Assembly: GCA_965203295.1 (NCBI GenBank)
Contig: CBDBCZ010000015.1
Coordinates: 32,001-96,000 of the forward strand
Length of the DNA: 64,000 nt
Origin: Nitrospirales bacterium
Lineage (GTDB): Bacteria > Nitrospirota > Nitrospiria > Nitrospirales > UBA8639
Direction of reading: 5' to 3'
In this document: positions 1-27,951 of the stretch, one piece after another
How the letters are laid out: every line of letters begins with the position of its first letter
How positions within the stretch are numbered: the first letter of the stretch is position 1
The notes under the pieces: model-generated
Told to the model about the DNA's origin: nothing
Seen by the model: the letters and a program-made list of their open reading frames with translations, nothing else
Database searches by the model: none
Translations under genes and position numbers: made by a program

Positions 1-234
1 GATGTACTGAAAGATGAGGCCATCCTTATGAATTGGGAAGCTATTGCCCAGATGCCATCAAACTATGAGTCTTGTAGTATTGAACTTTTTGAAGCTGTGG
101 TGAATCTATGGGTAACCATTCGTGGGTTTTCGTTCGCCGAAGGATGGACAGCACACTTCAAAAAGAACGAGAAAAGCTCAAAAAAAGGAACTAGGAAGGC
201 CTTGAAGTCAATTGGAACTGAAAAAGAATCATAA
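1..234 (+). CDS. 3' end of an uncharacterised protein (LWVTIRGFSFA motif, basic C-terminus), convergent with the P-like transposase
   Basis: Frame 1 is open from base 1 (DVLKDEAILMNWEAIAQ...VNLWVTIRGFSFAEGW...KKGTRKALK) to TAA at 232-234. The 5' part is cut off by the window edge. Confidence 0.6.
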   Translation, partial: DVLKDEAILMNWEAIAQMPSNYESCSIELFEAVVNLWVTIRGFSFAEGWTAHFKKNEKSSKKGTRKALKSIGTEKES

Positions 235-344
235 TATTTCTCGGTACATACAAACAGAGCGTGGCATGCATTGCATGTACTTGTATCAATATCTTAAGGA
301 AATGTCTGAATGGTTGTAGTATAATAACAAACTTGCGTGCTATA

Positions 345-2357
345 TATCTGCAGAGTCGCACACCTGGAGCAAAAGTGGAGGTCTCTCGGAGATATAAACT
401 TTCAATATGTTTCCAACTGATCCACTTTCCTCCCTTCTGTATTAAATCAATGAGACATGGGGGCTTATATGGCAGATCAATTACAGTCATGCATGCATAC
501 AGAGACATAAGAATATAAACGTAGGCCTAACCTTCATGTTGCGAGAATTGGAACGAGCAAATGAATTGGAAAAGCAGTTGCGTGCTGTTTTAAGAAGGTG
601 GGGTACATCTGAGAAAAAGTATACATCACGATCTGCAAATGGATTTGGTGTTTTATAACCATCACCACGACACAATTTGTAAAACTTCCGATTAGGTTTT
701 GCTCCATCACTTGTTATGGACATTACCGGAATGTTGTACATCTCAAGAGCACACACAATTGGGTAAAGATTTTGACCTTTTAGTCCAGCACTAGGATAAT
801 GTGCAACTGGGAAACTTAAAGATGGTTTGAAAATTGCCCTAACCATAAACACAAGCATCTGATCTGCAAGCTTTTGAGCAGTGTGTTTCTCATCACTATC
901 TGCTACTAGCTGTTCTAGATCAGCATTTACATTGCCGAGATCTACGAACCCCACTAGTGCTCCTGTTGATTTTTTGAAAACAAGTCCGCTCCTTATCTTC
1001 ATCTCATCCATAAGCAAAGCAGAGTGCTGCTGTCCATGCTTAGTATCTTTCTGAAGAGTCAACCTGAAACGCTCAATAAACTTGGATTGCACTCCATTTG
1101 TGACTGTCATCCAATGTGTGTAATCAGCAAGGGTCCTCTCAGAAGGAAGTTTGATGAACCCACTACTATTGACTGCTCTATAGGCAGCAGAAGATACGTA
1201 CTTAAGGTTCAGTGCAAAACGAATTACTAGTGGATGCCAGCGCATCTGCTTCTTATTCTTGAGGGAGTTGTAGAGATGTTGTTGCTCCCAGAATACTCGC
1301 TGGGCACTATTCTTATGGAATTGAGTGTAAACTGAATCAGAGACTTCTTTAATCAGCTGGGTAACATCATCTGCATCATCATCAGTGAGGGTGATACTCT
1401 GCTTGGCAATGAGTGATTCCACCCTTTTTTGTAATCGAGATACTTGCAACTTTGCTGCTTTTTTGGCCTTTGACAAATTTCTCATTCGTTCATCCTTTTC
1501 ATCATCTCTTAGATGACAAAAATTAGCTCGGCTGGAATGGGCAGTTCTGTCATAATCGGTCCTACATTGGCTTCTTGTCTTCATTGAGCGAAGGGTAGAG
1601 TGAAAAGTTCGACACGATTTACACCGTTGTATTGGATTCTGACCAGGTACAATTTCACAAAGAAGTTGACAGTCTATTCTTCGCACTGTAGCACTATGTG
1701 GAGTACCATCCACATTCGTGATGATTTTATTCTCAACTACAGCTACCACATCACCGTTTCCTCTGTTTCCTCTGATCTCTCCTCCTTTTTTCTGACAAAG
1801 GGTAACAAATTCATCCTCAGGATTTCCAGGACAAATGGCTGCACTACGAACCTGTTTCAAAAGTTGAACCCACATCGGCAGAGTAGTAATGCGTGGCTCA
1901 ATACCAGAAAACACCGAGATTGTGCCTGGAACTTCCTTCCCCAAAACTGCAACACTCCAGGTGAAGTCATGTCTAACAGTAACACAGTGGGAGATGGTGG
2001 GTACCCCAGGGGAGGGCTGCTGAAAGAGACAGTACCTAATACAGGATTCTTCAGGTTCTGATAGATCATGCCACTCACTTTGAAATGTTTGAACACTTTG
2101 TTTTAAACTCTCAAATTCTGCATGTGGATGGCACCTCTCATTGCTTCCAACACATGACCTTTCTATATTCAACTCCTGTAAAGGAACTCGGGAGAGCAGA
2201 TCTGATGTGAGCTTACTTGCTGCTGAACTGGCTGTCGTCGTTGCTCTTGTCGCTTGCGTTCATCATTCTTAGTCCTTTTAAAAAACTTTCTTGTCCCCCT
2301 TTTCCTCTTTCTTTTGGATACCTTTCCAGTGTCTGGAGCAATATTCTCACTGTTCAT
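345..2357 (-). CDS. P-element/THAP9-like DNA transposase (spliced; C-terminal part missing or outside the window)
   Basis: ORF 487-2172 has P-transposase motifs: MRWHPLVIRFAL, KLPSERTL, LLMDEMKI, GFVDLG, ITSDGA, FFSDVPHLLKTARN. A GT-AG intron at 531-437 joins NMK to KGGKWISWKHIESLY...PGVRLC. An upstream basic (NLS-like) exon spans 2357-2217, followed by a ~40 nt intron. Confidence 0.85.
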
Positions 2358-3327
2358 CTAAATAAAATACATGTCCTTTATAGGCATACAATTGTACAGT
2401 ATTTATGGCCTACAGCATTAGTGATGGAAAAGCTATATGCATTAAAAAGTGCATGAAGATCCTGTAGTTTGCAAGCAACACTGCTACTTATCTATAACTA
2501 ATAAATGGCCATTGAATATACAAGCAGTCTGTAGTTCAGGAAGTTATCTCACACAAAACTAATGCATAAAAACAATTCGTTTGTGTAGAAAATATCCCTT
2601 CTGAAATTTAAACTATGATACACCCAGTGTTTATTAAGTTTGCAAGCATAGCATTCCATTCCATATAGAATCATATTGCAAATGGATGGCCAATTGGCTA
2701 CATTGCGCTCGAGATTATCTCACACAACTGCATTAATCATATAACCTGCACTGCTTACACGACGATTTTTCCTTTCTTAGCAAAATATTAAGGCTAAATA
2801 AGTGCTAGTCTAACTTAAACCGCTAATACTGACCTTAATGTCTCTAGCTTTGTTCTGTAACCGACTTGAATCGACCGAATGAATGTAATACTTTTACCGC
2901 CAACTCGCTTCTCTATAGAGTCTGCAGCTGCAAGCATGCGTCGTAGAGTTCTCCGCCTACTTCCGGATACGCCCCCCGTTACGTATCCACCGAGAGGTAT
3001 ATAGAATCCATGATATAAGTAACTGTAGTTGGTGATACGGATAATTGTTATTGTATGTAAGTGGTCACAGTGACTGCTGATAATGTATGGGATTTAGTTG
3101 TCGGAGTGTAGAACGCAGTACACTATGATTGTGCATTAGTATTGTTGTTGAATGTAAAACTGCTTGCTATAATGATTTAAGTGCTGAATAAACATAGGTT
3201 TACATGCCGGCGAAATGAAATGTGGTACGTATGGAATTGGGATATGTTGGCATAGCGATATATACTATTAGGTGATTGTAACTAAAGCCATGGACAGTAC
3301 AGGAATTGGAGTTGGTTTAGGATTAAA

Positions 3328-3514
3328 CAGTGGAACGTCAGCCCTCTATTGTGGACACCTTGGGGACCTGGTGAAGTGTCCTGTATAGAGATGTGTCCTC
3401 ATTTCAGGGGTAAATTTCTATTAAGAAAGCATATTTGGGACACAGCAAAGTGTCCTTAATACAGAAGTTTTTTTTTTTATTTCAAGGGTGACCTATATAA
3501 GAGAGGTTCCAGTG
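3328..3514. mobile_element. MITE family 1 (Tc1/mariner-pogo-type ends CAGTGGAAC...GTTCCAGTG), copy 1
   Basis: Terminal inverted repeat with TA on the right. Similar copies lie at ~19652-19828 (inverted) and 62165-62338. Confidence 0.8.
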
Positions 3515-4973
3515 TAGTTGTAGTGCTTGTTTAAAGTGGTCAGCAATGAAGCTATTGTTATAGATGTAGAGATGTGCATGCAGGAAAATCACACATGTCC
3601 ACCTCTCAAGACAACCCACTTCACCCAGTTGTTATGGGGGCTGTCATACAAGCCAGGGAAACAACTTAATAAGATAGCAAAATATTGATTTATTGTCTCG
3701 GTACCTCAATTAAGAGGTCTCGTATAGTAACTTCTTACTTATAAACATACCACAGAACAGGTTATAGGGCAAATCTTGTGCATGCCTCACAGGACCTGCA
3801 GGGTGCTCTAGGTATCCAGCTCAGATTTCATGGCACGCATGCATGAATGTCTATTAGTTATCCATGGCTGTATAAAATACTCATGCATGGCATAATTATG
3901 GCATGCATGCCTCTGACATTGTGAGCAGGTCTTCTCCTAGGGTGAAAATATTTCTACCGTGTGCACTTGATTAGTATTTCAGTATGATATATGTCTGGCA
4001 CTCATGCTTCCTTTATAATTTTCACTATAATTATCACAAGCGGTTAGAGACAGTATGTTAGCGTGAGCATGCACGCGCATGCACACTTGTGAACTAGTGA
4101 ATAGCTTGAAAATCATTTGCCTTTATTGTTAAACTAGTCAGCATGCAACCAGTATTCATTATAATAATTTCAATATATTTGCAATTTTCTCCACTATTAA
4201 GCCAATTTTTAGCTAATCTTTTGGAAATGTTAATTGTAGACAGAGAAATCTTCGCCTGGATGGCAATCGTTTTTCCATGGCTTTGTATACCTGATAGTCT
4301 CGCAGGCCAATCGCGAGACTATATATACCTGACTAGTTTTACATGTATATTATGTAATTTTGTTGTCTCAACAGGTCATTATTGAGTTAGATCAAGGACT
4401 AAATTCATCATTGAATGAGGTCAAAAATCTTCCAGTTAGCTGTGCCGAGGGTTCGGCACATCAGTGCTTTTCATTTAACCGGTTGGCAGCCATTATTGAA
4501 TGTGTCGCCTTAATTCAAAAAAAAAGCAGGCAAATCAATTGCATCCATCACCTCCCTTAATACCGAGAACCCAATTCCATTCTTCACGCTATGTGCATGA
4601 CTTTTCTTTTGTGCAACCTTTTGCACGTACTTCTCACTTTATTTTCTTTTTTCCCACACACGCTTTCATTATGGAACAATTTACCATATTCTATTGTATC
4701 GTGTCGCTCTCCCTCTGTCTTTAAGCATCATATTATGGGTGAATGCTAGTGTTAGCTTTTTTCTTTAGCTATTCCATCCACCCTTGCCATGTCCATTTCT
4801 GTATGTTGTGTTGGCATAAACAGTATAAAAATAAAAAATAAAAAAAAAATAAAAACGACAGTATCTACAATGCGATATCAATGGCAGCAATAAAGTCCAC
4901 TATACACATGTACTAACTATACTAATTCAATCAGTTCAATCAGTCGTCAAGGTCCGAGTTCACAGACGGTTAG

Positions 4974-5447
4974 TTAGGTGTTGCCGGTGAGCATCGCAAT
5001 CCCGAAGGAGTCGATATCACCTCCTGCCTTCCCGAAGATTCCGTTCAATTTACCGTTGCCAACGGGAACGTTGACCTCGTCGCCTGCGCAGGGACAGTAG
5101 TTGCAAGCAAAAGCCTCCGCAGTCTTCTTGTTGGTTTCAAGCTTCAAACCAGCGAAACGACCATTTCCAAAATTACTGGAGTACAGTAAAACTTTCGTCA
5201 GCCTTTCATCTTCATCAAGGGTGATAGTAACAGGATTTTTGTCAGTAAAGGTGCCAAGTTTCATAATAGACGAATCGTATCTTTCGAAGGAAACACCCCG
5301 CATTCGCTTTTCATCTCGGTAGAACGTGATTTGCTTAGCCACCTTAGGCCAAGTTGCCATGAGGCTGTAGGGGTTTCCATCTGGACCCCCGACTGAAACA
5401 TTGCTGGTGTACCGCACCAGGCTCACGTACTCCTGCACGTTCTGCAT
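4974..5447 (-). CDS. Jacalin-like (beta-prism) lectin domain protein, single exon, 157 aa
   Basis: Uninterrupted ATG-to-stop ORF with an N-terminal VGGPDG loop and a C-terminal GIFGKAGGDIDSFGI motif, matching the jacalin G..GG and G.G..ID.LG sugar-binding loops. No signal peptide. Confidence 0.75.
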   Translation of the reverse strand: MQNVQEYVSLVRYTSNVSVGGPDGNPYSLMATWPKVAKQITFYRDEKRMRGVSFERYDSSIMKLGTFTDKNPVTITLDEDERLTKVLLYSSNFGNGRFAGLKLETNKKTAEAFACNYCPCAGDEVNVPVGNGKLNGIFGKAGGDIDSFGIAMLTGNT

Positions 5448-6867
5448 CGTCTCCGCTCAAGTTCTCTGAAAAGCAAGAACTGCGGATTTGCACACAGTTG
5501 AGTCTTTTATACAACTTCATTACGTCATTTTTCAATCGCTAATATTCTAAGCGCGCCTACTCGCCTTCGCTGAACTTATCACGTGAGGCTTGGGTGACTA
5601 TGTACAGCTAGCTAGCTCATCTACCGCGCTAATAGCTACCAGTACACTCTGTTTCAATTCTTACATCCTGAGGAACTTTGTTGCTACGTATATAAGCTAG
5701 ACGACATTGGGCCGGCTGGACGCCTAGTCTCGTGCCCAGCCCGTCTGAACGCCGACGTCACTGTATACCTAGTCTCGCGTAGCCAGACTCAACGCGAGGG
5801 GCGGGGTCCCCCAGACTACTGTATACCCTGGTATGGTAGTAGCCAGCGTGCAAACGCTTCCCCACATCGAACCTTGGCGCATGATGTTGGCACTAAGCAA
5901 TCCACTCGATAGCATGGCGCGGTGCACAACATTTAATAGCACTAGCTAGCGGCTAACTGAAGAACATGATCGCAGTATCTATAGCCTGATCTTGACCATA
6001 ATATACCCTAATCCTAGCCCCGATCGTATTATTCAGTTGGCCCCTAACTGCTATCTTCTCCGGAATCTCAAAGTTAATTGCTGTTTCCTTGCTGAGACCT
6101 TAAAACGCAGAAATTTGGCCCCTTCACTTGAAACACTGACTTGGCAGCTTTTACGCAAACATATATTATAGCACTGAAATTAGTAAGAGTGATTATTGCA
6201 GCACCACAATCATAGCCAAGCGGTTAGAGACAGTACATTAGCATGTACATTTGTATAGGGAATGCATGCACGCGCATGAGCACTCGTAAACTGAAACACT
6301 CCACCTCTGACATCTACCTTATTATATTAGTAGTGGACCATGACTTCTCAATTTTGTAGTACAATCATGCATGCACTGTTAAAATAATTGGTGAGCTCCT
6401 AACTCAATTATTTCAAACAAATAATTGTTCGAACATACCCCATTTCCTGGGGGGTAGGGCTGAGCCTATTATGCTCAAGAAATACCCTATTATGCTATGC
6501 TGCACTGCTCCAAAAATCTTCCTATTATGCTCAAATTATGCTCATTAAATGTGACCCTCGTAGCGAAAACCAACCATCTGGACTGTTTTAAATCTTCAAG
6601 TATGCGTGGGTGATGCATATTTTCATAATTTCTAGCATGTTTGCTGCCATTGTACCACTCTCCTACAAGGTCTGACGATAAGACATTGGTTAAGACAATG
6701 TTCTTCGCTGGCAGTTTTACATCTGCTTTGTAGCGAGCACCATCATAACTTTTGGGAAGGGAAGGGTATAGGTATTAACGAGCTTGATATACAGCCAGGG
6801 AAGCCATGATTTATGCTTGTTTAAGCAGACTTTGCTTGCATTGGTAGTAAAGTGGACTGATATTTCC

Positions 6868-7311
6868 AATTAGAGAGCTCTGATGGTAAAGCGGGTTCTA
6901 ATTAGAGAGCTCTGATGGTAAAGCAGGTTCCAATTAGAGAGCTCTGATGGTAAAGCGGGTTCTAATTAGAGAGCTCTGATGGTAAAGCGGGTTCCAATTA
7001 GAGAGCTCTGATGGTAAAGCGGGTTCTAATTAGAGAGCTCTGATGGTAAAGCGGGTTCTAATTAGAGAGCTCTGACGGTAAAGCGGGTTCTAATTAGAGA
7101 GCTCTGATGGTTAACTTTAGTTACCCCATCAGATTTCTCCAATAAGAACTCAATTATCCCTTCAGCGCCTCTTGTTTCAGAAATCCACTTTCAAGTCGGT
7201 TCCTATTTCCCTGATGGTAACAGTGGGTCTGGAGACAAGAACGAGAACAACCCATCCTGATCTCCACAATTGAGATAAGCATCTATGATTTAATAGCAGT
7301 CATTCTGACAA
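6868..7311. repeat. 32-bp minisatellite (about 7.5 units) plus a ~200-bp unique tail; second copy at 10112-10430
   Basis: The unit AATTAGAGAGCTCTGATGGTAAAGCGGGTTCT repeats over 6868-7110. The tail (GTTAACTTTAGTTACCCCATCAG...) is nearly identical at 10228-10430. Confidence 0.9.
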
Positions 7312-7430
7312 ATAGCCTTAATTAAAGTATCCTTTCTAATGGCAGACTTGCACTATAGCAAAAATTCTAATTAGAGCACAATTTTTTTTAGCTGTTGCCC
7401 CTAGTGACCAAATATGTTGTACGTAGCCCC

Positions 7431-7685
7431 TTAATACACTTATGAAAAAAATCCAAGTTTTAAAATCATAGCTTGTTTGATTATCAAGATATGCAGATGC
7501 AAAGTTTCCAAATTCCTGTACATTTTCAATGGAGAGGTGCGTTTTTGACCCCCAAAGTCAGTTGGGGGTCAAAAAAGCACATCTCCATTAAGAATGTACA
7601 GGAAATCGAAAACTTTGCGTCTGCATATCTTAATGTTCAAACAAGCTATGATTTTCAAACTTGGATTTTTTCATAAGTGTATTAA
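7431..7685. mobile_element. Foldback/palindromic MITE (~255 bp hairpin)
   Basis: Ends TTAATACACTTATGAAAAAAATCCAAG ... CTTGGATTTTTTCATAAGTGTATTAA. The ~120-bp arms pair throughout, around a centre TTTTTGACCCCCAA-AGTCAG-TTGGGGGTCAAAAA. Confidence 0.85.
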
Positions 7686-7754
7686 TCCACCACCAGATGT
7701 TTACCCTGCTTCTGCTAAAACCTCTCTCAGATGATGGTCACAAAGCATCGTATG

Positions 7755-7858
7755 ATCCATCCCACACCATCCCACACCATCCCACACCATTGTGAGCATG
7801 GGATGATCATCCCACACCATCCCACACCATTGTGAGCATGGGATGATCATCCCACACT
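7755..7858. repeat. 40-bp tandem repeat built on CATCCCACAC units
   Basis: CATCCCACACCATCCCACACCATTGTGAGCATGGGATGAT occurs about 2.5 times. Confidence 0.8.
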
Positions 7859-7987
7859 GTCTCCAGGTGTGCATGTTGTTATTGTGAGCATGGAGTGTGT
7901 TATGGATCAGTGGTTCTGTGAAGAACCAGAACAACAAAGTGATCAGAGTTTCTTTCATCACTACCTACAAAGGTAACACAACAGCTT

Positions 7988-8176
7988 CCTTACTCCTGCA
8001 GCTGTGTATGTTGACATCAGAACACAGACTGTTCCCTCAAACAATTAGTCTCCTTACTCCTGCAGCTGTGTGTGTTGACATCAGAACACAGACTGTTCCC
8101 TCAAACAATTAGTCTCCTTACTCCTGTAGCTGTGTATGTTGACATCAGAACACAGACTGTTCCCTCAGACAATTAG
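7988..8176. repeat. ~64-bp tandem repeat x3
   Basis: CCTTACTCCTGCAGCTGTGTATGTTGACATCAGAACACAGACTGTTCCCTCAAACAATTAGTCT occurs three times. Confidence 0.85.
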
Positions 8177-8879
8177 CTAGTTGCAGACATAACAAGGTGT
8201 GAATCTACATGTTAGTAATAATGTTATCTGGGACCAGCTTCCTAGAACTTGTGTGGTTATACAGGCTACCTTTCTGCCTGTGACCTTTATATGAAATATG
8301 AAGTGACCCTTGAATTGCCACTGAGGAAACCCAAGCTTGGCCTAAGGTTATTGCAGTTTATACGAGAGGCAATAGGAGCCACAGTGGCTAAGATATGCAT
8401 CAAACATTCTCTACATTAAAGCCATATAATATTATGGCTTTATTAAATAGCAGTAACCAGTACCCTATAAACTCAAGTTGTTGCCAATCACAAAATTTGA
8501 TTTAACTACACAAACTGATTCACACTGTACTACGTAGCTATATGGTTTATCTATTTCTGAGGGGCTTTGAAATTTCATACGAGATTTCGAAATCTTAGGA
8601 TTTCAGTCAAGATTTCAACCTAAATGTACGAAATTTTAAGCCGCGATTTCATGCTGGCAGCTAAATTAGTGACCACATGATCAGCAAAACACGGACGTAC
8701 ATACATGGACTTAGATTGCAAGATTACAAAGGATTCGGAGATTTGAGATTTGCATAGTGCTAGCAGCTCGGTCGACTGCCATATTCAGAGTGTGTGTGAA
8801 AGACTCGTACACCATATGCTCGAGTATGGCTGAATATCAAGCGGTGGGCATGACCGATTGTAGCAATACCAGCCCTTTA

Positions 8880-9610
8880 TTACCTCGCACGTATGCAATG
8901 GGGTTAAGGAATTGGTTGTCTGTCTGTCTGTCTGTTGTCTAATGCGACGGTAACATTAGAATCTATAAAAATAGATGTGTGTGTACTTAATTATGCTAAT
9001 TGTTCGAACATGCCCCATTTCCTGGGGAAAAATGGTTAATATATGCATTTTATGGAATTTGAATGGCAGGAACATATTATTAACTAGAGGTCTCTAGCAG
9101 AGACATACCCCGCGCTCCTGGACCCTGCAGACTGTAATGCCATATACGAGCTGTAGGCGTGGCTGATCGCCGTAGTAATGATACATGTGTTTCTCTGCGT
9201 ATACTCCAGTATGCTTTCTATCTAAGTACCACTTCTAAGCTCCATGTTGAATACAAGACTCGTATACCATACTCGAGAGCTCGCGTATGTCCGTATTCAA
9301 GCTGTAGGCGTGACCAACTGCCGTATTAAAAAAGGCGTGACCACTTGCCGTATTAAAAAAAAATGGTGGAACACACAGAAATAGCGTGGAAATGCTGAGA
9401 ATAAAACCGCTTTCTACTATATCAGGTACAGACAGGCTAATGTATCACGGATTTCAGCGTTAACCTTCTGTTTAGAAGTCGTTATAGCCTCTAAATCGCC
9501 CGTTCGAGAGATTTTTCAAAAAATTTTATGACAGACAACAACGACGACGACGACGACAGACGGACAAAACCGATTACTTAACCCCACTTGCGCATACACG
9601 CGCGGGGTAA
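8880..9610. mobile_element. Non-autonomous element with imperfect terminal inverted repeats
   Basis: The left end TTACCTCGCACGTATGCAATGGGGTTAAG...(GTCT)n mirrors the right end (GAC)n...CTTAACCCCACTTGCGCATACACGCGCGGGGTAA. Confidence 0.6.
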
Positions 9611-10111
9611 TGAGAGTAACTATGGTAAGCTAATATGGACCTTCTCTAGATCTTCTAACTGATATATATATACATGTACTGTTTGAGGGCAATCCACCAC
9701 CACCAGATGCTTACCCTGCTTCTGTTAAAAACCCTTCCCTTCCCTTCCCAAACGTCATGATGGTGCTCGCTACAAAGCAGATGTGAAACTGCCAGCAAAG
9801 AACATTAATGACTATTGCAAAGCATTGTACGGTCACCCACACTGTCTCACAATGTGTTAACAAGTTATTGCGAGCATGGAATGTGTTACAGATTTGAGGT
9901 CCTATAAAAATGTGATTTGCCAATGATAAACCAAAGAGGTCTCTAATTTTGAAAGCTACAACAGAAAGCATTTAATTAGCTAATTAACTATAGGTCAAGG
10001 CTAGTTACCAGAGTGGGAAGTCATAATTTGTGCTTGTTTAAGTTAACTTGACACCAACATTTTCCTCTTTTACCTGAGCTTTGATGATAAAGTGAACTCA
10101 TATTTTCCTGA

Positions 10112-10430
10112 AATTGGAGAGCTCTAATGGTAAAGTGGGTTCTAATTAGAGAGCTCCGATGGTAGAGCGGGTTCTAATTAGAGAGCCCTGATGGTAAAGC
10201 GGGTTCTAATTAGAGAGCTAATCTGACGGTTAACTTTAGTTACCCCATCAGATTTCTCCAATAAGAACCCAATTATCCCTTCAGCGCCTCTTGTTTCAGA
10301 AATCCACTTTCAAGTCGGTTCCTATTTCCCTGATGGTACAGTGGGTCTGGAGACAAGAACGAGAACAACCCATCCTGATCTCCACAATTTAGATAAGCAT
10401 CTCTGATTTAAGAGCAGATGCTCTGACAAA
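10112..10430. repeat. Second copy of the 32-bp minisatellite element (about 3.5 units plus tail)
   Basis: Matches 6868-7311 directly. Confidence 0.85.
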
Positions 10431-11441
10431 GTGGAAAATAGCTCTATAATTAAGGTACCCTTTCTACATAAATACGGCCCTCAAGGGGTGCCTTTAATAG
10501 AGCAGGAAAATTCCTTAGGGGTGTCTTACTTGGAGGAGGGTCTTCTAATTGGAGTAAATTTTGAGCAGAGATACGAAGCCTTGAGAAGGACTGATCGTCA
10601 CAACCATGCAAGTGATAAAGAACAAAATTTACAAGTAGCATGACCCTCTCTCTACTTCCCGTAGCAGCCATGGCTGATCCTTGGGAAAATGCTGTAGACA
10701 GAAGAGTTCTTTTTCCTGGATGCTAATTGTTTTGTGTTTGTTTGTTTTTCGTGTAGCTTCAGCTGTTATACTCACGACTGTCTGACTCGCTAAAATAATC
10801 ACCTCATGTGCATCCAGTGGAGGGCCTACCCCTGGCCAGATAATACAGGCATGTGTGTAGTATTCAAAGCCACTAGTAGCTTCCTACACTGGTAAAGTTA
10901 GTCTACAATGTAGTCCTATGTATGAAGCCACAGCAATACTATAATATGCAGGCAGAAACAGTTGAGTGCTACAAAGTACCTTGCAGCAGCTAGAGACTCG
11001 GGCTACAAGGGTGCATCAAACCAAATAAGGAATTGAGTATCGGTTGCAATGCTCTAATAGTTGATAACCCTGCAAAGAACTCACTTGAGTCAGTTCTGGC
11101 CCCAACCAGACTTTGACTGATACCTGGTATTATAGTCTCAACCCTGCATACTGCTATATATAGACATTGGGCATCTCAGTTTCAATCCTGCATTTGAAAA
11201 TTCTTGAAAATGGGCAGCAAGGCATGTCACCTCCCAGAAGACTTAGTCTATCAACTACAACTGACACTGTGCAATCATAAACCTTTCATCAGTAGACAAA
11301 GTTGATTCGAAGGCGCATATATAAGACACACAGGCACAAACATGCAACATACCATACACGGTCCTGTAATACTACAGTTGTACATACATTTGATTCAGTT
11401 GGCCAGTCAATCATGTAATACGCTGTAGTATTCAAAGGAGG

Positions 11442-27141
<15,700 letters not shown>

Positions 27142-27951
27142 GATATGACTCACGCCAACGCCAATTATTTATTAAGAGGACGTTACGTAACCACCTAATA
27201 AAGCGGTCGTACGAAAGCGCGCCATTTCGCTATTCATTGTATGTCTGCAGCAAGGTTATCAAGCTTCGGTATCCTGTTTTCTGCAGTGCCTTGCAGCTTT
27301 TCCAATCCGGTTCAAGAATCGCTTTACACGCTAATACCGCTAAATAGCGCTAAATCATCCACGCGCTAAATAATAACGAATTTACACACGAACGCTAGAC
27401 TCTACGTACATGTACGTACATACGTGTAGAGTCTAGCGTGCTAAAGCGTACTAGTTATGAACACACGCGCGCCAAATACAGGGTTCCACGCACGCTATTG
27501 TCGAGGGGCCTATGTTGCAGATTAAGGGAAGCTCGTCAACATTTGAAGCTCGATGTACTGTCAACATTTGAAGTCAGCAATCTGTGGCATCATAGATAAT
27601 ATAAACCGTAGGACTCTATTTCATTCTACTGGAATTCGGGTTTGTTATCCTATTAGAATCAGCTAGCTATAGAACCCTGCATGATTAGAATGCATAGCCT
27701 CCAGTGGATTGATTAGGCGAGAGAATGATTGATCACTACAATACCAGCAGTAGCTAGAGAGATTATAGCTATATTCCAAGTATAGAACAGTCAATACTAC
27801 ACCATGGCCATGCACTCATTAGGTAGAGTTTGGTTATTATAGTTCTGCCATTCTGATTTAAACCTTATTACTGATAATTTAGTCTGTATCTTCTATGGAG
27901 TATGTCTAAACCTCACTGTGTGTATTTATTACTGCATTCACTCTTAATGCA

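Noticed and set aside
1024..2096. Antisense and alternate-frame ORFs overlapping the transposase (and similar ones over RTK exons, e.g. 49182-49619)
   Set aside because: Shadow ORFs of real coding sequence with no independent motifs.
3584..3669. Possible terminal exon (KSHMSTSQDNPLHPVVMGAVIQARETT*) after a CAG acceptor
   Set aside because: No recognisable homology and no upstream exon in the window to support it.
6868..7110. 32-bp repeat array resembling a CRISPR repeat length
   Set aside because: Units are directly adjacent with no unique spacers, there are no cas genes, and the context is eukaryotic. It is a minisatellite.
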